Positions 25,806-39,200 of a stretch of 64,000 nt of DNA are shown here, in pieces. Each line of letters begins with the position of its first letter. Position 1 is the stretch's first letter. This DNA is from Macrostomum hystrix (lineage: Eukaryota > Animalia > Platyhelminthes), in contig CATNEN010000034.1 in assembly GCA_950097015.1 (NCBI GenBank), forward strand, positions 5,766,001-5,830,000, read 5' to 3'. The notes under the pieces were generated by a model. The model was not told the DNA's origin, did no database searches, and was given only the letters and a program-made list of their open reading frames with translations. A program made the translations under genes and the position numbers.

Positions 25806-25946
25806 ATAGTGGCTGCTTAATTGGCATTCTGTGGTTAGAAAGTCCTCGGCCACGCTCAATAGTCCTCGGCTCGCTTCGCTCGCCTCGGACCATTAAACGC
25901 AGCCTCAGACTTTCTAACCATAGACTGCAAATTGAGCAGCCACTAT
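25806..25946. mobile_element. MITE-like element with about 39-bp terminal inverted repeats
   Basis: ATAGTGGCTGCTTAATTGGCATTCTGTGGTTAGAAAGTC ... GACTTTCTAACCATAGACTGCAAATTGAGCAGCCACTAT; internal CTCGGCTCGCTTCGCTCGCCTCGG. Confidence 0.8.
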
Positions 25947-26699
25947 TTTATATGAAATTCGATTTGGTTTGGCGCCCATTATATGGTTTAATGGGCCCCG
26001 TTTTCGGGACCATTATATAGCACACTGGTTCAAGACTTCGCATTTCCAACCATAGACGATAGATTCGTGGCTCAGAATGCGCCCATTAAACGTCCATTAA
26101 CGACGAAATCGTATTTTATATGGGTACCAGCATTAGCTGAGGATACGATAGCTGCGGCTGTGCTGTCGACTGTACACACACACACACACACACTCATGAC
26201 CGATACTTCGACAACTGTCTATGGTAATAATTTCTACTTCCATCTGTAACATTTACAGCTAGATTTAAAATATCTACGAATTTTTTTTCTTATCTAGCGA
26301 ATCTAAGGCTATTCTGGTTGTTTCTCTGTGTCGTTGTTTTAAGTAAGAATTTCTGCATTGTGAAATGGGCTTCAGAATAAGCTCTTAGGTATGCATTCTG
26401 CGAATCCCATGTGCTCTGGAGACAGCACCTTAATTTATAAGCGGCTTAACATGCCCCTAATCTCTTGAAGCTTTTCCCAACTCGCTCATAAAACAGCTTA
26501 TGCCTTGGACCTTGCACTGACACGTTGGAGGTAGAACAGTTTACCAATTGCACCGAAACGGCTGCATTTGTGCAATATTATAGGTCTGAGAATCATTCAA
26601 ACCACTGTAAATATATGATACAGCCAACAGACTGTCAGTGGCATCTACCTGTGATAGACATTTATCTCTCCTCCTCATATTTATCCTCTCACTATTTCT

Positions 26700-27710
26700 C
26701 TCCCCCTCTTCCTCAGCTCTCCATCTTTTGATCTCGTCTCTTTTTCTCCCCCTATTTCTCCCTTCTCTATCTTTCTTCCCTCCATCTCTCCCTTCTCCAT
26801 CTCTCCCTTCTCCATCTTTCTCCCTTCTCCATCTCTCCATTCTCTATCTTTCTCCCTTCTCCATCTCTCCCTTCTCTATCTTTCTCCCTTCTCCATCTCT
26901 CCCTTCTCTATCTTTCTCCCTTCTCCATCTCTCCATTCTCTATCTTTCTCCCTTCTCCATCTCTCCATTCTCTATCTTTCTCCCTTCTCCATCTCTCCCT
27001 TCTCTATCTTTCTCCCTTCTCCATCTCTCCATTCTCTATCTTTCTCCCTTCTCCATCTCTCCCTTCTCTATCTTTCTCCCTTCTCCATCTCTCCATTCTC
27101 TATCTTTCTCCCTTCTCCATCTCTCCCTTCTCTATCTTTCTCCCTTCTCCATCTCTCCCTTCTCTATCTTTCTCCCTTCTCCATCTCTCCCTTCTCTATC
27201 TTTCTCCCTTCTCCATCTCTCCCTTCTCTATCTTTCTCCCTTCTCCATCTCTCCATTCTCTATCTTTCTCCCTTCTCCATCTCTCCATTCTCTATCTTTC
27301 TCCCTTCTCCATCTCTCCCTTCTCTATCTTTCTCCCTTCTCCATCTCTCCATTCTCTATCTTTCTCCCTTCTCCATCTCTCCCTTCTCTATCTTTCTCCC
27401 TTCTCCATCTCTCCATTCTCTATCTTTCTCCCTTCTCCATCTCTCCCTTCTCTATCTTTCTCCCTTCTCCATCTCTCCCTTCTCTATCTTTCTCCCTTCT
27501 CCATCTCTCCCTTCTCTATCTTTCTCCCTTCTCCATCTCTCCCTTCTCTATCTTTCTCCCTTCTCCATCTCTCCATTCCCTATCTTTCTCCCTTCTCCAT
27601 CTCTCCCTTCTCTATCTTTCTCCCTTCTCCATATCTCCATTCCCTATCTTTCTCCCTTCTCCATCTCTCCATTCTCTATCTTTCTCCCTTCTCCATCTCT
27701 CCATTCTATT
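26700..27710. repeat. 32-bp polypyrimidine minisatellite (TCTCCCTTCTCCATCTCTCCATTCTCTATCTT)
   Basis: Direct periodicity; 32-aa period in ORF 26638..27927. Confidence 0.95.
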
Positions 27711-28189
27711 TCTCCCTTACTTATACTTCTCCCCTCCTCATATTTCCCTCTTTCTCCCCTTCTCATCTTTCACCCATCTCTATTTCGCTTCCCACTGCAC
27801 CCTGTCTACCAATCCACCGTTCTCCCATTCTCCCAAACAGTTTGCTAATAGAAAAAGATATGACTCTACGGGCAAGCTGATCTACAGTCAAACAATAGTC
27901 AATATTACTAGAGGAAGAACTATTTAGACTGATGTGATAATATCGCTTACAGCAGTCCGTGTGGGCCCAAATGGCAGACATTCGCTTGAACGATCGATAG
28001 CGTTATGTCAACACGCTTGATTGATCTAATTTTCTCTGTTTTTGCTTACCCCCCCTGTACGAGTATCTCTATCGGTGAGTTCAAAATGAAAAATGTCTAA
28101 GAATAAATGGCCTAAATTATTCCCAATAGCTAAAATTTTCCCTTTAATATAATCCTTCTGCTCCACCAAAAAATGTTCCACACTCAATC

Positions 28190-30460
28190 TTTCTCCCCTC
28201 TCTATCTTTCCCCTCTCTTTCCCCTCTATATTTCTTCCGTCTCTCGATATCTCCCGTCTCTATCTCCCTCTTTCTATTTTATTCCCTGTCTATCTTCCCC
28301 TCTCTCTATCTTCCCCTCTCTCTATCTTCCACTCTCTCTGTCTTCCCCTCTCTCTGTCTTCCCCTCTCTCTATCTTACCCTCTCTCTGTCTTCCCCTCTC
28401 TCTATCTTACCCTCTCTCTGTCTTCCCCTCTCTCTATCTTCCCCTCTCTCTGTCTTCCCCTCTCTCTATCTTCCCCTCTCTCTATCTTCCTCTCTCTATC
28501 TTCCCCTCTCTCTGTCTTACTCTCTCTCTATCATCCCCTCTCTCTATCATCCCCTCTCTCTATCTTCCCCTCTCACTATCTTCCCCTCTCTCTATCTTCC
28601 CCCTCTCTATCTTCCCCTCTCTCTATCTTCCCCTCTCTCTATCTTCCCCTCTCTCTGTCTTCCCCTCTCTCTGTCTTACTCTCTCTGTCTTCTCCTCTCT
28701 CTATCTTCCCCTCTCTCTATCTTCCCCTCTCTCTGTCTTCCCCTCTCTCTATCTTCCCCTCTCTCTGTCTTACTCTCTCTGTCTTCTCCTCTCTCTATCA
28801 TCCCCTCTCTCTATCTTCCCCTCTCTCTATCTTCCCCTCTCTCTATCTTCCCCTCTCTCTATCTTCCCCTCTCTCTGTCTTCCCCTCTCTCTGTCTTACT
28901 CTCTCTGTCTTCTCCTCTCTCTATCTTCCCTTCTCTCTATCTTCCCCTCTCACTATCTTCCCCTCTCTCTATCTTCCCCTCTCTCTGTCTTACTCTCTCT
29001 GTCTTCTCCTCTCTCTATCATCCCCTCTCTCTATCATCCCCTCTCTCTATCTTCCCCTCTCTCTATCTTCTCCTCTCTCTGTCTTCCGCTCTCTCTATCT
29101 TCCCCCTCTCTATCTTCCTCTCTCTATCATCCCCTCTCTCTATCATCCCCTCTCTCTATCATCCCCTCTCTCTATCTTCCCCCCTCTCTATCTTCCTCTC
29201 TCTATCTTCCCCTCTCTCTGTCTTACTCTCTCTCTATCATCCCCTCTCTCTATCATCCCCTCTCTCTATCTTCCCCTCTCACTATCTTCCCCTCTCTCTA
29301 TCTTCCCCCTCTCTATCTTCCCCTCTCTCTATCTTCCCCCCTCTCTATCTTCCCCTCTCTCTATCATCCCCTCTCTCTATCTTCCCCCTCTATCTTCCTC
29401 TCTCTATCTTCCCCTCTCTCTGTCTTACTCTCTCTCTATCATCCCCTCTCTCTATCATCCCCTCTCTCTATCTTCCCCTCTCACTATCTTCCCCTCTCTC
29501 TATCTTCCCCTCTCTCTATCTTCCCCTCTCTCTGTCTTCCCCTCTCTCTGTCTTACTCTCTCTGTCTTCTCCTCTCTCTATCTTCCCTTCTCTCTATCTT
29601 CCCCTCTCACTATCTTCCCCTCTCTCTATCTTCCCCTCTCTCTGTCTTACTCTCTCTGTCTTCTCCTCTCTCTATCATCCCCTCTCTCTATCATCCCCTC
29701 TCTCTATCTTCCCCTCTCTCTGTCTTCTCCTCTCTCTGTCTTCCGCTCTCTCTATCTTACCCCTCTCTATCTTCCTCTCTCTGTCTTCCCCTCTCTCTGT
29801 CTTCCCCTTTCTCTATCTCCCCCCTCTCTATCTTCCCCTCTATCTTCCTCTCTCTATCTTCCCCTCTCTCTGTCTTACTCTCTCACTATCTTCCCCTCTC
29901 TCTATCTTCCCCCTCTCTATCTTCCCCTCTCTCTATCTTCCCCCTCTCTATCTTCCCCTCTCTCTATCATCCCCTCTCTCTATCTTCCCCCCTCTCCTTC
30001 CTCTCACTATCTTCCCCTCTCTCTATCTTCCCCCTCTCTATCTTCCTCTCTCTATCTTCCCCTCTCTCTATCTTCCCCTCTCTCTATCTTCCACTCTCTC
30101 TGTCTTCTCCTCTCTCTGTCTTCCCCCTCTCTATCTTCCTCTCTCTCTCTATCTTCCCCTCTCTATCTTCCCCTCTCTCTATCTCCCCCCTCTCTATCTT
30201 CCTCTCTCTCTATCTTCCCCTCTCTCTATCTCCCCCCCTCTCTATCTTCCTCTCTCTCTGTCTTCTCCTCTCTCTGTCTTCCCCCTCTCTATCTTCCTCT
30301 CTCTCTCTATCTTCCCCCTCTCTATCTTCCTCTCTCTCTGTCTTCCCCTCTCTATCTTCTCCCCTCTCTATCTTCCTCTTTCTGTCTTCCCCTCTCTCTG
30401 TCTTCCCCTCTCTCTATCTTCCCCCTCTCTATCTTCCCCTCTATATTCCCTCTCTCTATA
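28190..30460. repeat. Degenerate 16-18-bp CT-rich satellite (CCCCTCTCTCTATCTT variants)
   Basis: Direct reading; ORF 28173..30503 is its translation. Confidence 0.95.
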
Positions 30461-31675
30461 TATACTTATCCTATTTTTCTATCCTTCTCCCTTCATAGTC
30501 TGATCTAATCTAAAAAATTGTAGAGCTTGTCAAAATCTAAATGACAAAGTAATTCAACTTGTACTTACGAGTTTACTCGTATAGTTAACTTTCAGGTTGA
30601 CTATTTTATATAGTAAAAAGCTAGACACATGCCTTTACGAGTCAGTGACGAATGAAGCCTTAAGTCAAGCGCTAAAATCTACTCACAACCAATTCCAACT
30701 GTGCTCAAGCATCTTTTGCACTCCAATTGCCGTGCTCAACAAGGCATGCTTCTACTTCTAGGAGGCCCGCGGGGAAATCTCTAACAATACACGGCTGGGA
30801 CATTGGTCAGACGAGGGGGTAGAAGGATGGGTTGCTTGCGGAAGGAAGGCGGAACGTGCGGTTCTTCTCTCACAGTCTCCATCGGCGGATGAAGTGTTCA
30901 ACTGCTTTTGAAGACTTTGTTAAAAGATCAAAAGGAGAAAGGGTGCCTTGCGGCAGATAAAAGCAAAGTGACTAATCTTAGTACTAGCCCTTTGACGGCA
31001 AGGAATCTTGGCGCCTGTACTTCAGCTGTGCAATAGTTGAGTTCTGTGATCCCTCATTTTGGCTGTCATTACCCTGCTGCCTGTGTACCTTAGCCAATAC
31101 TCGTACTCCAGATGGTCATCATTATTCATTTCGTTAACATTTAGGTTACGACGAGACACGATTAGGTCATTACAGTTCAGCTTATTATCATTCTGTCATG
31201 ACTGTTCAGGTCATTACCCTCTAGGTGATCACCTTCCAATTATTCTTCTATCGAGAATACAGGTTTGTAGTATAATCAATAAAAACTTGAATGTAACAAT
31301 ATATCGGCCTTAGAATAGTTATACAGACCTATTTAAAAGTAATCTACTCAAACTAAACTTTAAGTATGATGAATGACCAGCCTATACTCAGTTCATTTGC
31401 CGAGAATCAGGCCTTATATAAGTTTATTTTTTAGATCACGAACGCCTGCCATAACTATATTTATTATTGTAGATGCTAAATTAGAAATACAATACCGGAA
31501 GTGGCTTTGTATAGCGCTTTCATTAAATTTGCCAGCAACGCACTATTGTGAACCGGGAAGACATAAATTTTAATAATTTATGGAAACGAAGGATTATAAA
31601 AAAGTAGCTCTTCGCTTTCAAAGTCGAATAACGAAAGAAACACATTTCTCTTCTTTTGCCTGCATTTCTCTGCAG

Positions 31676-32764
31676 GTTGATTGTGTGGCAATAAACACTA
31701 CCAGCAGTCTGCTAGAAGAAGAAATAATTGAACCCCATCGCCCCGGCCGCAGGGGCATGAGACTGCGCTGGTTCCGCGTGTCTCGTACCGGCTCCCAGCA
31801 GCTCAGGGCCGAGTGGAGCTGGGCTGATAAGGCATTGGCGCAGCGCCGCCTGCGCGACTGTCACGTGATGTTTGTGCGCAGCTCCGCTGGCGCGCCTGTG
31901 CACATCCGCCGCGTGCCGCTGCAGCCAGCTTGGCGTGAAGACTGCCAGGCGGAAGATCTGTCGCCAGACGCCACCTACCGAGTCTGCCTGCAGTGCTCAG
32001 GCCGGATTGAAGAGGCCAACTCAACGACAACATCCGCGACCGCGACGTCGACTGGGGTGCCGCCGATGTACTGTGCCGACGCGAGTACCGGCTTGTCGCA
32101 CGTCTCGGCAGGGGCTGGCAGCGCCGTTGGCGCCCTTCTGGCCCTGCTGGCGGTGCTCTTGCTTCTGCTGGCTTCGAGGCGAGCCAGGCGATGCCGCAAA
32201 GCCAATGATCGGCAATCATCAGCAAAGCGGCTGCTGCAGGACGCGTCCTCGCCAACTGGCGGAAATTCACCGCCGCGTCGGGTCACGATGACTTCGGCCA
32301 CGGCGGCAGCCGCGGCGGCGGCGGCGGCAGTTGGTGGAGCATCTTCAGCGAGCTCGGAAGATGAAGCCTACTGCGGGGACGTCGGCGGCTGTGGCAGCGG
32401 TGACCGAAGCACAACCACGCCTAGCGACCAGACAATGACACCGCCGCCGCTAACGCCCTCATTGCCGCAGCTGCCGTCTCCGCCTCCGCCTCCGCCGCCG
32501 CCGCCACCACCGCTGGCCACGCCAAGCCTGTGCGAGACTGACGATGACGCGTCTGTTCTGTCGCCTCTCCTGCCTGAACCCCGGGCGGATGCAAGCGCGA
32601 TCCTCGACCTGCAGCCGGCCGGCGACTCGCTGATAAAGCGGGTCATCAGGGTCAACGGCACCGACGATTATTCCATCGATCTGCGACTGTGCGACGCACT
32701 GATGGACTCCAGAGAGACTAAATCAGCCGCTCCGCTATTCACTCAGCTGATTGAAACCCTTTGA
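31676..32764 (+). CDS. Terminal exon of a type I membrane protein: FN3-like domain, TM helix, Pro/Ser-rich tail; 5' exons not found
   Basis: Strong acceptor TTTCTCTGCAG at 31675; QLRAEWSW..DLSPDATYRVCLQC fits the FN3 LxPxTxYxVC signature; TM GSAVGALLALLAVLLLLLA followed by SRRARRCRK. Confidence 0.72.
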   Translation, partial: VDCVAINTTSSLLEEEIIEPHRPGRRGMRLRWFRVSRTGSQQLRAEWSWADKALAQRRLRDCHVMFVRSSAGAPVHIRRVPLQPAWREDCQAEDLSPDATYRVCLQCSGRIEEANSTTTSATATSTGVPPMYCADASTGLSHVSAGAGSAVGALLALLAVLLLLLASRRARRCRKANDRQSSAKRLLQDASSPTGGNSPPRRVTMTSATAAAAAAAAAVGGASSASSEDEAYCGDVGGCGSGDRSTTTPSDQTMTPPPLTPSLPQLPSPPPPPPPPPPPLATPSLCETDDDASVLSPLLPEPRADASAILDLQPAGDSLIKRVIRVNGTDDYSIDLRLCDALMDSRETKSAAPLFTQLIETL

Positions 32765-33273
32765 GACTGCCGAGTGCCCGACCAAACTCCCTTAGAAACT
32801 TTGTATAGAAACTTTGACACCGTCTTCAACTTGACGCAATCGATTACATGTGATACTTCGTCGCCTAGGATTTCTCAAACTGTAGTCGCTAAAAACTTTT
32901 AGTAATTTATTGAGTAACTGTCATTATTACAAACATTATTAATTTAAAATATGATTACATTTTCACTGAATTGTAATTATTTAGCTAGTCAAGCAGTAGT
33001 CAGCAATAATTTATTTCTTGAGTCGATTTTATAGAAGTCGTGCGAAATAAATGTGCATTTTCAGCAACTATATTTTCACCCAAGGAACTCTTAACATAGC
33101 ATCTTAAATGAATCGTGCTATGTTCAGAACGCTTTAACTTACACTTATAGCTTTTCTAAACCTGTCTAGAGTCTAAGGACTGGCCATAGACGCTGGAGAA
33201 TTCAACAGCACGCAATTCGAGTTGCAAATTGCGATAGAGCCCGAGTTGATCACTCAAGTTGCGGCTTTCAAAA

Positions 33274-36200
33274 ATGCTCAGAAACTTGTACTCACTATCT
33301 GCTTTGTTAGTGCTTGCCGTTCTGCCGATTCAATTAACTCAATGCAGTTTGCACAGACTGTCAGTCATTTTGCGCCAGTGCCGTTGGGCGCCGCACACGG
33401 CCCTTAACCGAAACGGCTACGGCAGATTTGTCACGGACCTCGCAGACAAAGAAATTAGCCATTTATTCAGCTTCGACAGCGAACAAGACTGGAATGGCAT
33501 TGAAATGCAGCCGAGCAGTCTCAGAGCTAACTACTATGTGCCGAAGTGGATATTTCGCAACTCTGGTGTTCAGGTCAGATTGTCGACTCTAGTTTGCCTG
33601 ACAACCCAACACTTTATCTGACATTAAACAGTTCACCGAATACGTGCAGCTGACCTGACACTGTATCATAGATCCGACAGCTAACAGTTTAACTGACACC
33701 CAGCGTTTCACCTGACACCCGCTGATTCACCTGACACCCGCTGATTCACCTGACACCCCCTGATTCACCTGACACCCGCTGATTAAACTGACACCCGCTG
33801 ATTCACCTGACACCCGCTGATTCACCTGACACCCGCTGTATCACCTGACACCCCCTGATTAAACTGACACCCCCTGATTAAACTGACACCCCCTGATTCA
33901 ACTGACACCCGCTGATTCACCTGACACCCCCTGATTCAACTGACACCCGCTGATTCACCTGACACCCGCTGATTCACCTGACACCCGCTGATTCACCTGA
34001 CACCCGCTGATTCACCTGACACCCGCTGATTCACATGACACCCGCTGATTCACCTGACACCCGCTGATTCACCTGACACCCGCTGATTCACCTGACACCC
34101 GCTGATTCACCTGACACCCGCTGATTCATCTGACACCCGCTGATTCACCTGACACCCGCTGATTCATCTGACACCCGCTGATTCACCTGACACCCATCGA
34201 ATCACCTGACACCTATCGAATCACCTGACACCAATTGATTCACCTGACACCCACTGATTCACCTGACACCCACTGATTCACCTGACACCCGCTGATTCAC
34301 CTGACACCCGCTGATTCACCTGACACCCGCTGATTCATCTGACACCCGCTGATTCACCTGACACCCGCTGATTCATCTGACACCCGCTGATTCACCTGAC
34401 ACCCATCGAATCACCTGACACCTATCGAATCACCTGACACCAATTGATTCACCTGACACCCACTGATTCACCTGACACCCACTGATTCACCTGACACCCA
34501 TCGAATCACCTGACACCCATCGATTCACCTGATACCCATTGATTCACCTGACACCCGCTGATTCACCTGACATCCATCGAATCACCTGACACCCATCAAT
34601 TCACCTGACACTCATTGATTCACCTGACACTCATTGATTCACCTGACACCCACTGATTCACCTGACACCCGCTGATTAAACTGACACCCACTGATTCACC
34701 TGACACCCGCTGATTCACCTGACACCCACTGATTCACCTGACACCCATCAATTCACCTGACACCCATCAATTCACCTGACACCCATCAATTCACCTGACA
34801 CCCATCAATTCACCTGACACCCGCATTTCAGGTGCTGATAGCCTCTCTGCTTTTAGTCGACAAGATTGGGCTCGATCCGGACATGCCGTCCTCCGAGCTA
34901 TACATAACTGCGTGGAATGTCCTACTATGCGGTGTCTACAAGTTTTACTCGAACAGGAATCTATACGATCAGATTGTCACGGATGTGATAGGAGAGGAGA
35001 ACACTGTGTTAGAACTCATCGATTTAGTCTATCGACTGAGCCTGTGCGTTGTCAATAATCACAAAGAGAGCTGTCCTTCAGAGTGCAACGCTGATGAACT
35101 ATTGTTGAAGTAAGCAGCTGAGAACTGAAGTCTCACCCAATCAACTGAAGCCTCACCCAATCAACTGAAGCCACACCCAATCAAATGAAACCTCACCTAA
35201 TCAACTGAAGCCTCACCCAATCAACAGAAACCTCACCCAATCAACTGAAGCCACACCCAATCAACTGAAGCCTCACCCAATCAACTGAAGCCTCACCCAA
35301 TCAACTGAAACCTCACCCAATCAACTGAAGCCTCACCCAATCAACTGAAGCCACACCCAATCAACTGAAACCTCACCTAATCAACTGAAGCCTCACCCAA
35401 TCAACAGAAACCTCACCCAATCAACTGAAGCCTCACCCAATCAACTGAAGCCTCACCCAATCAACTGAAGCCTCACCCAATCAACTGAAGCCTCACCCAA
35501 TCAACTGAAACCTCACCCAATCAACTGAAGCCTCACCCAATCAACTGAAGCCTCACCCAATCAACTGAAGCCTCACCCAATCAACTGAAGCCTCACCCAA
35601 TCAACTGAAGCCTCACCCAATCAACTGAAGCCTCACCCAATCAACTGAAACCTCACCCAATCAACTGAAGCCTCACCCAATCAACTGAAGCCTCACCCAA
35701 TCAACTGAAGCCTCACCCAATCAACTGAAGCCTCACCCAATCAACTGAAGCCTCACCCAATCAACTGAAGCCTCACCCAATCAACTGAAGCCTCACCCAA
35801 TCAACTGAAGCCTCACCCAATCAACTGAAGCCTCACCCAATCAACTGAAGCCTTACCCAATCAACTGAAGCCTCACCCAATCAACTGAAGCCTCACCCAA
35901 TCAACTGAAGCCTTACCCAATCAACTGAAGCCTCACCCAATCAACTGAAGCCTCACCCAATCAACTGAAACCTCACCCAATCAACTGAAGCCTCACCCAA
36001 TCAACTGAAGCCTCACCCAATCAACTGAAACCTCACCCAATCAACTGAAGCCTCACCCAATCAACAGAAACCTCACCCAATCAACTGAAGCCTCACCCAA
36101 TCAACTGAAGCCTCACCCAATCAACTGAAGCCTCACCCAATCAACTGAAGCCTCACCCAATCAACTGAAACCTCACCCAATCAACTGAAGCCTCACCCAA

Positions 36201-39200
36201 TCAACTGAAGCCTCACCCAATCAACTGAAGCCTCACCCAATCAACTGAAGCCTCACCCAATCAACTGAAGCCTTACCCAATCAACTGAAGCCTCACCCAA
36301 TCAACTGAAGCCTCACCCAATCAACTGAAGCCTCACCCAATCAACTGAAGCCTCACCCAATCAACTGAAGCCTCACCCAATCAACTGAAGCCTCACCCAA
36401 TCAACTGAAGCCTCACCCAATCAACTGAAGCCTCACCCAATCAACAGAAACCTCACCCAATCAACTGAAGCCTCACCCAATCAACTGAAGCCTCACCCAA
36501 TCAACTGAAGCCTCACCCAATCAACTGAAGCCTCACCCAATCAACTTACCTCTTGCAGGAACTGCTCAACGGTGCGAAATCGGAAGCTGGGTAAGAGATC
36601 GATCTGCTTCACGGAGCTGGATGATGGACTGAGGTATGACCCGTTCCGGCAAGCTGAGCTTGACAAAATTTCATTCGAAGCTTTTGAACGAGAACTGGAC
36701 GATTATCGAGTCTGGCACCAGGCGCTATCGCCCGCGAAACGCATTCCGGTTGAAATATTCGAAGAGAATCTACTGAGCCACAAACTGGTGCTATTCGTCT
36801 TGGGCGAATTCCTTGAGCCTGACCCCGATGAGAAGCCGGTGACTCTAGACGAACAGTTTGCAAATGTGAGGCAGCGATTTCGCGATGCCGGCTGCAATAC
36901 GGACGACGCAGCGAAGCATAAGGAGCCGAACTGCCTCCAGTTTAGAGCTGTGCTGCATTCGTGAGTCGATCCACATGGAAAACAAGGCGCTTGAGTGTGT
37001 CGAAAGACATTAAAAACTTCAAGAAGAGTTCTTTAAGTGTGTCGAAAGACATTAAAAACTTCAAGAAGGGTTCTTTAATTTAAGTGTGTCGAAAGACATT
37101 AAAAACTTCAAGAAGGGTTCTTTAAGTGTGTCGAAAGACATTAAAAACTTCAAGAAGATTTCTTTAAGTGTGTCGAAAGACATTAAAAACTTCAAGAAGG
37201 GTTCTTAAAGTGTGTCGAAAGACATTAAAAACTTCAAGAAGGGTTCTTTAAGTGTGTCGAAAGACATTAAAAACTTCAAGAAGGGTTCTTTAAGTGTGTC
37301 GAAAGACATTAAAAACTTCAAGACGGTTCTTTAAGTAAGTGTGTCGAAAGACATTAAAAACTTCAAGACGGGTTCTTTAAGTGTGTCGAAAGACATTAAA
37401 AACTTCAAGAAGAGTTCTTTAAGTGTGTCGAAAGACATTAAAAACTTCAAGAAGGGTTCTTTAAGTGTGTCGAAAGACATTAAAAACTTCAAGACGGGTT
37501 CTTTAAGTGTGTCGAAAGACATTAAAAACTTCAAGAAGAGTTCTTTAAGTGTGTCGAAAGACATTAAAAACTTCAAGAAGGGTTCTTTGTGTGTTGTGTC
37601 GATCGACAATTAAAACGACTATAAGAGTTTTTTGAGTGTGTCGAATGACTTTGAAACGAGTGAAGGGTTCTATTGAGTGTGTCTAATATCGCTTCAGACG
37701 TGTTAGATAATTCGTTTAGTTGTTTTTCGCGAGCGAATCAAACAAGCAGAATGTTTTCCTCCCGCCAAAAAAACCACCAAGACGGCTGGTGGACCTGCAG
37801 AAGCAGCTGGTGAGCAGGCGCCACTGCGTTTGCGCTCTTGGCTACCAGTGGGACACTGAGCGAGAGGTTTGCGATAAGCGTGTCCTTGACTACTGCAACG
37901 AGCAGGATTACTGCCAGAATGGGGGCAGGTGCAAGGCGGAGACAGTGAGAAGCTTTGAACCAGTCGAAACTAATTACATTGACGCGCCAGTTGAGAAAAT
38001 TGTCATCAGCTGCATCTGCCCTCCTGCTTGGAAAGGCCTTCGATGCGAAGTGGTGAGTTGTGTGCTGCTTGAACATTTATTTCACCGTTACTTTAGAGAC
38101 TTCATTACTTGAAAAAATCCCAAACTGGTAGGAGAACGATGTTTGTCAGACCTTGCCATCGACCAGCACCTGCGACGATCACATTTGCGAGCGGGACCCG
38201 GGTGTTGAACTGGGCTTCTCCTGCATCTGCCCGCCTGAGACGCATCTGCGAATATCAGACAAGGACCATCGCTGCCGGGACATCAACGAGTGCGCCGAGC
38301 GAAACCCGGAGCTCAATCCGCTGTGCAAGAATGACGGAGAGTGCGAGAACCACGATCCCGGATTTATCTGTGAGCTGGGGAGAGATTGGGAGTGAGCTGG
38401 GGGAGAGACTGAGAGTGAGCTGGGGGAGAGACTGAGAGTGAGCTGGGGGAGAGATTGAGAGTGAGCTGGGGGGAGAGACAGAGAGTGAGCTGGGGGAGAG
38501 ACTGAGAGTGAGCTGGGGGAGAGACTGAGAGTGAGATGGGGGATAGACTGAGAGTGAGCTAAGGGGAGAGACAGAGAGTGAGATGGGGGGAGAGACTGAG
38601 AGTGAGATGGGGGAGGGATTTAGAGTGAGCTGGGGGAGAGATTGAGAGTGAGCTGGGGGATTTAGAGTGAGCTGGGGAAGGGATTTAGAGTGAGCTGGGG
38701 GAGGAATTTAGAGTGAGCTGGGGGGATTTAGAGTGAGCTGGGGGGAGGAATTTAGAGTGAGCTGGGGGGATTTAGAGTGAGCTGGGGAAGGGATTTAGAG
38801 TGAGCTGGGGGAGGAATTTAGAGTGAGCTGGGGGGAGGGATTTAGAGTGAGCTGGGGGAGGGATTTAGAGTGAGCTGGGGGAGAGACTGAGAGTGAGCTG
38901 GGGGGAGAGACTGAGAGTGAGCTGGGGGGAGGGATTTAGAGTGAGCTGGGGGAGAGACTGAGAGTGAGCTGGGGGAGAGACTGAGAGTGAGCTGGGGGAG
39001 AGATTGAGAGTGAGCTGGGGGGAGAGACTGAGAGGGAGCTGGGGGAGAGATTGAGAGTGAGCTGGGGGGAGAGACTGAGAGTGAGCTGGGGGGAGGGATT
39101 TAGAGTGAGCTGGGGGAGAGATTGAGAGTGAGCTGGGGGAGGAATTTAGAGTGAGCTGGGGGAGGGATTTAGAGTGAGCTGGGGGGATTTAGAGTGAGCT

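Noticed and set aside
26541-28075. Candidate small exons beside the CT arrays (26541-26655 minus, 27839-28075 plus or minus)
   Set aside because: Some splice-like signals exist, but there is no consistent open frame or homology to link them to a gene.
26638-30503. 429-aa and 776-aa Leu/Ser/Pro-rich ORFs
   Set aside because: CT-only DNA cannot form stop codons; these are satellite artefacts.
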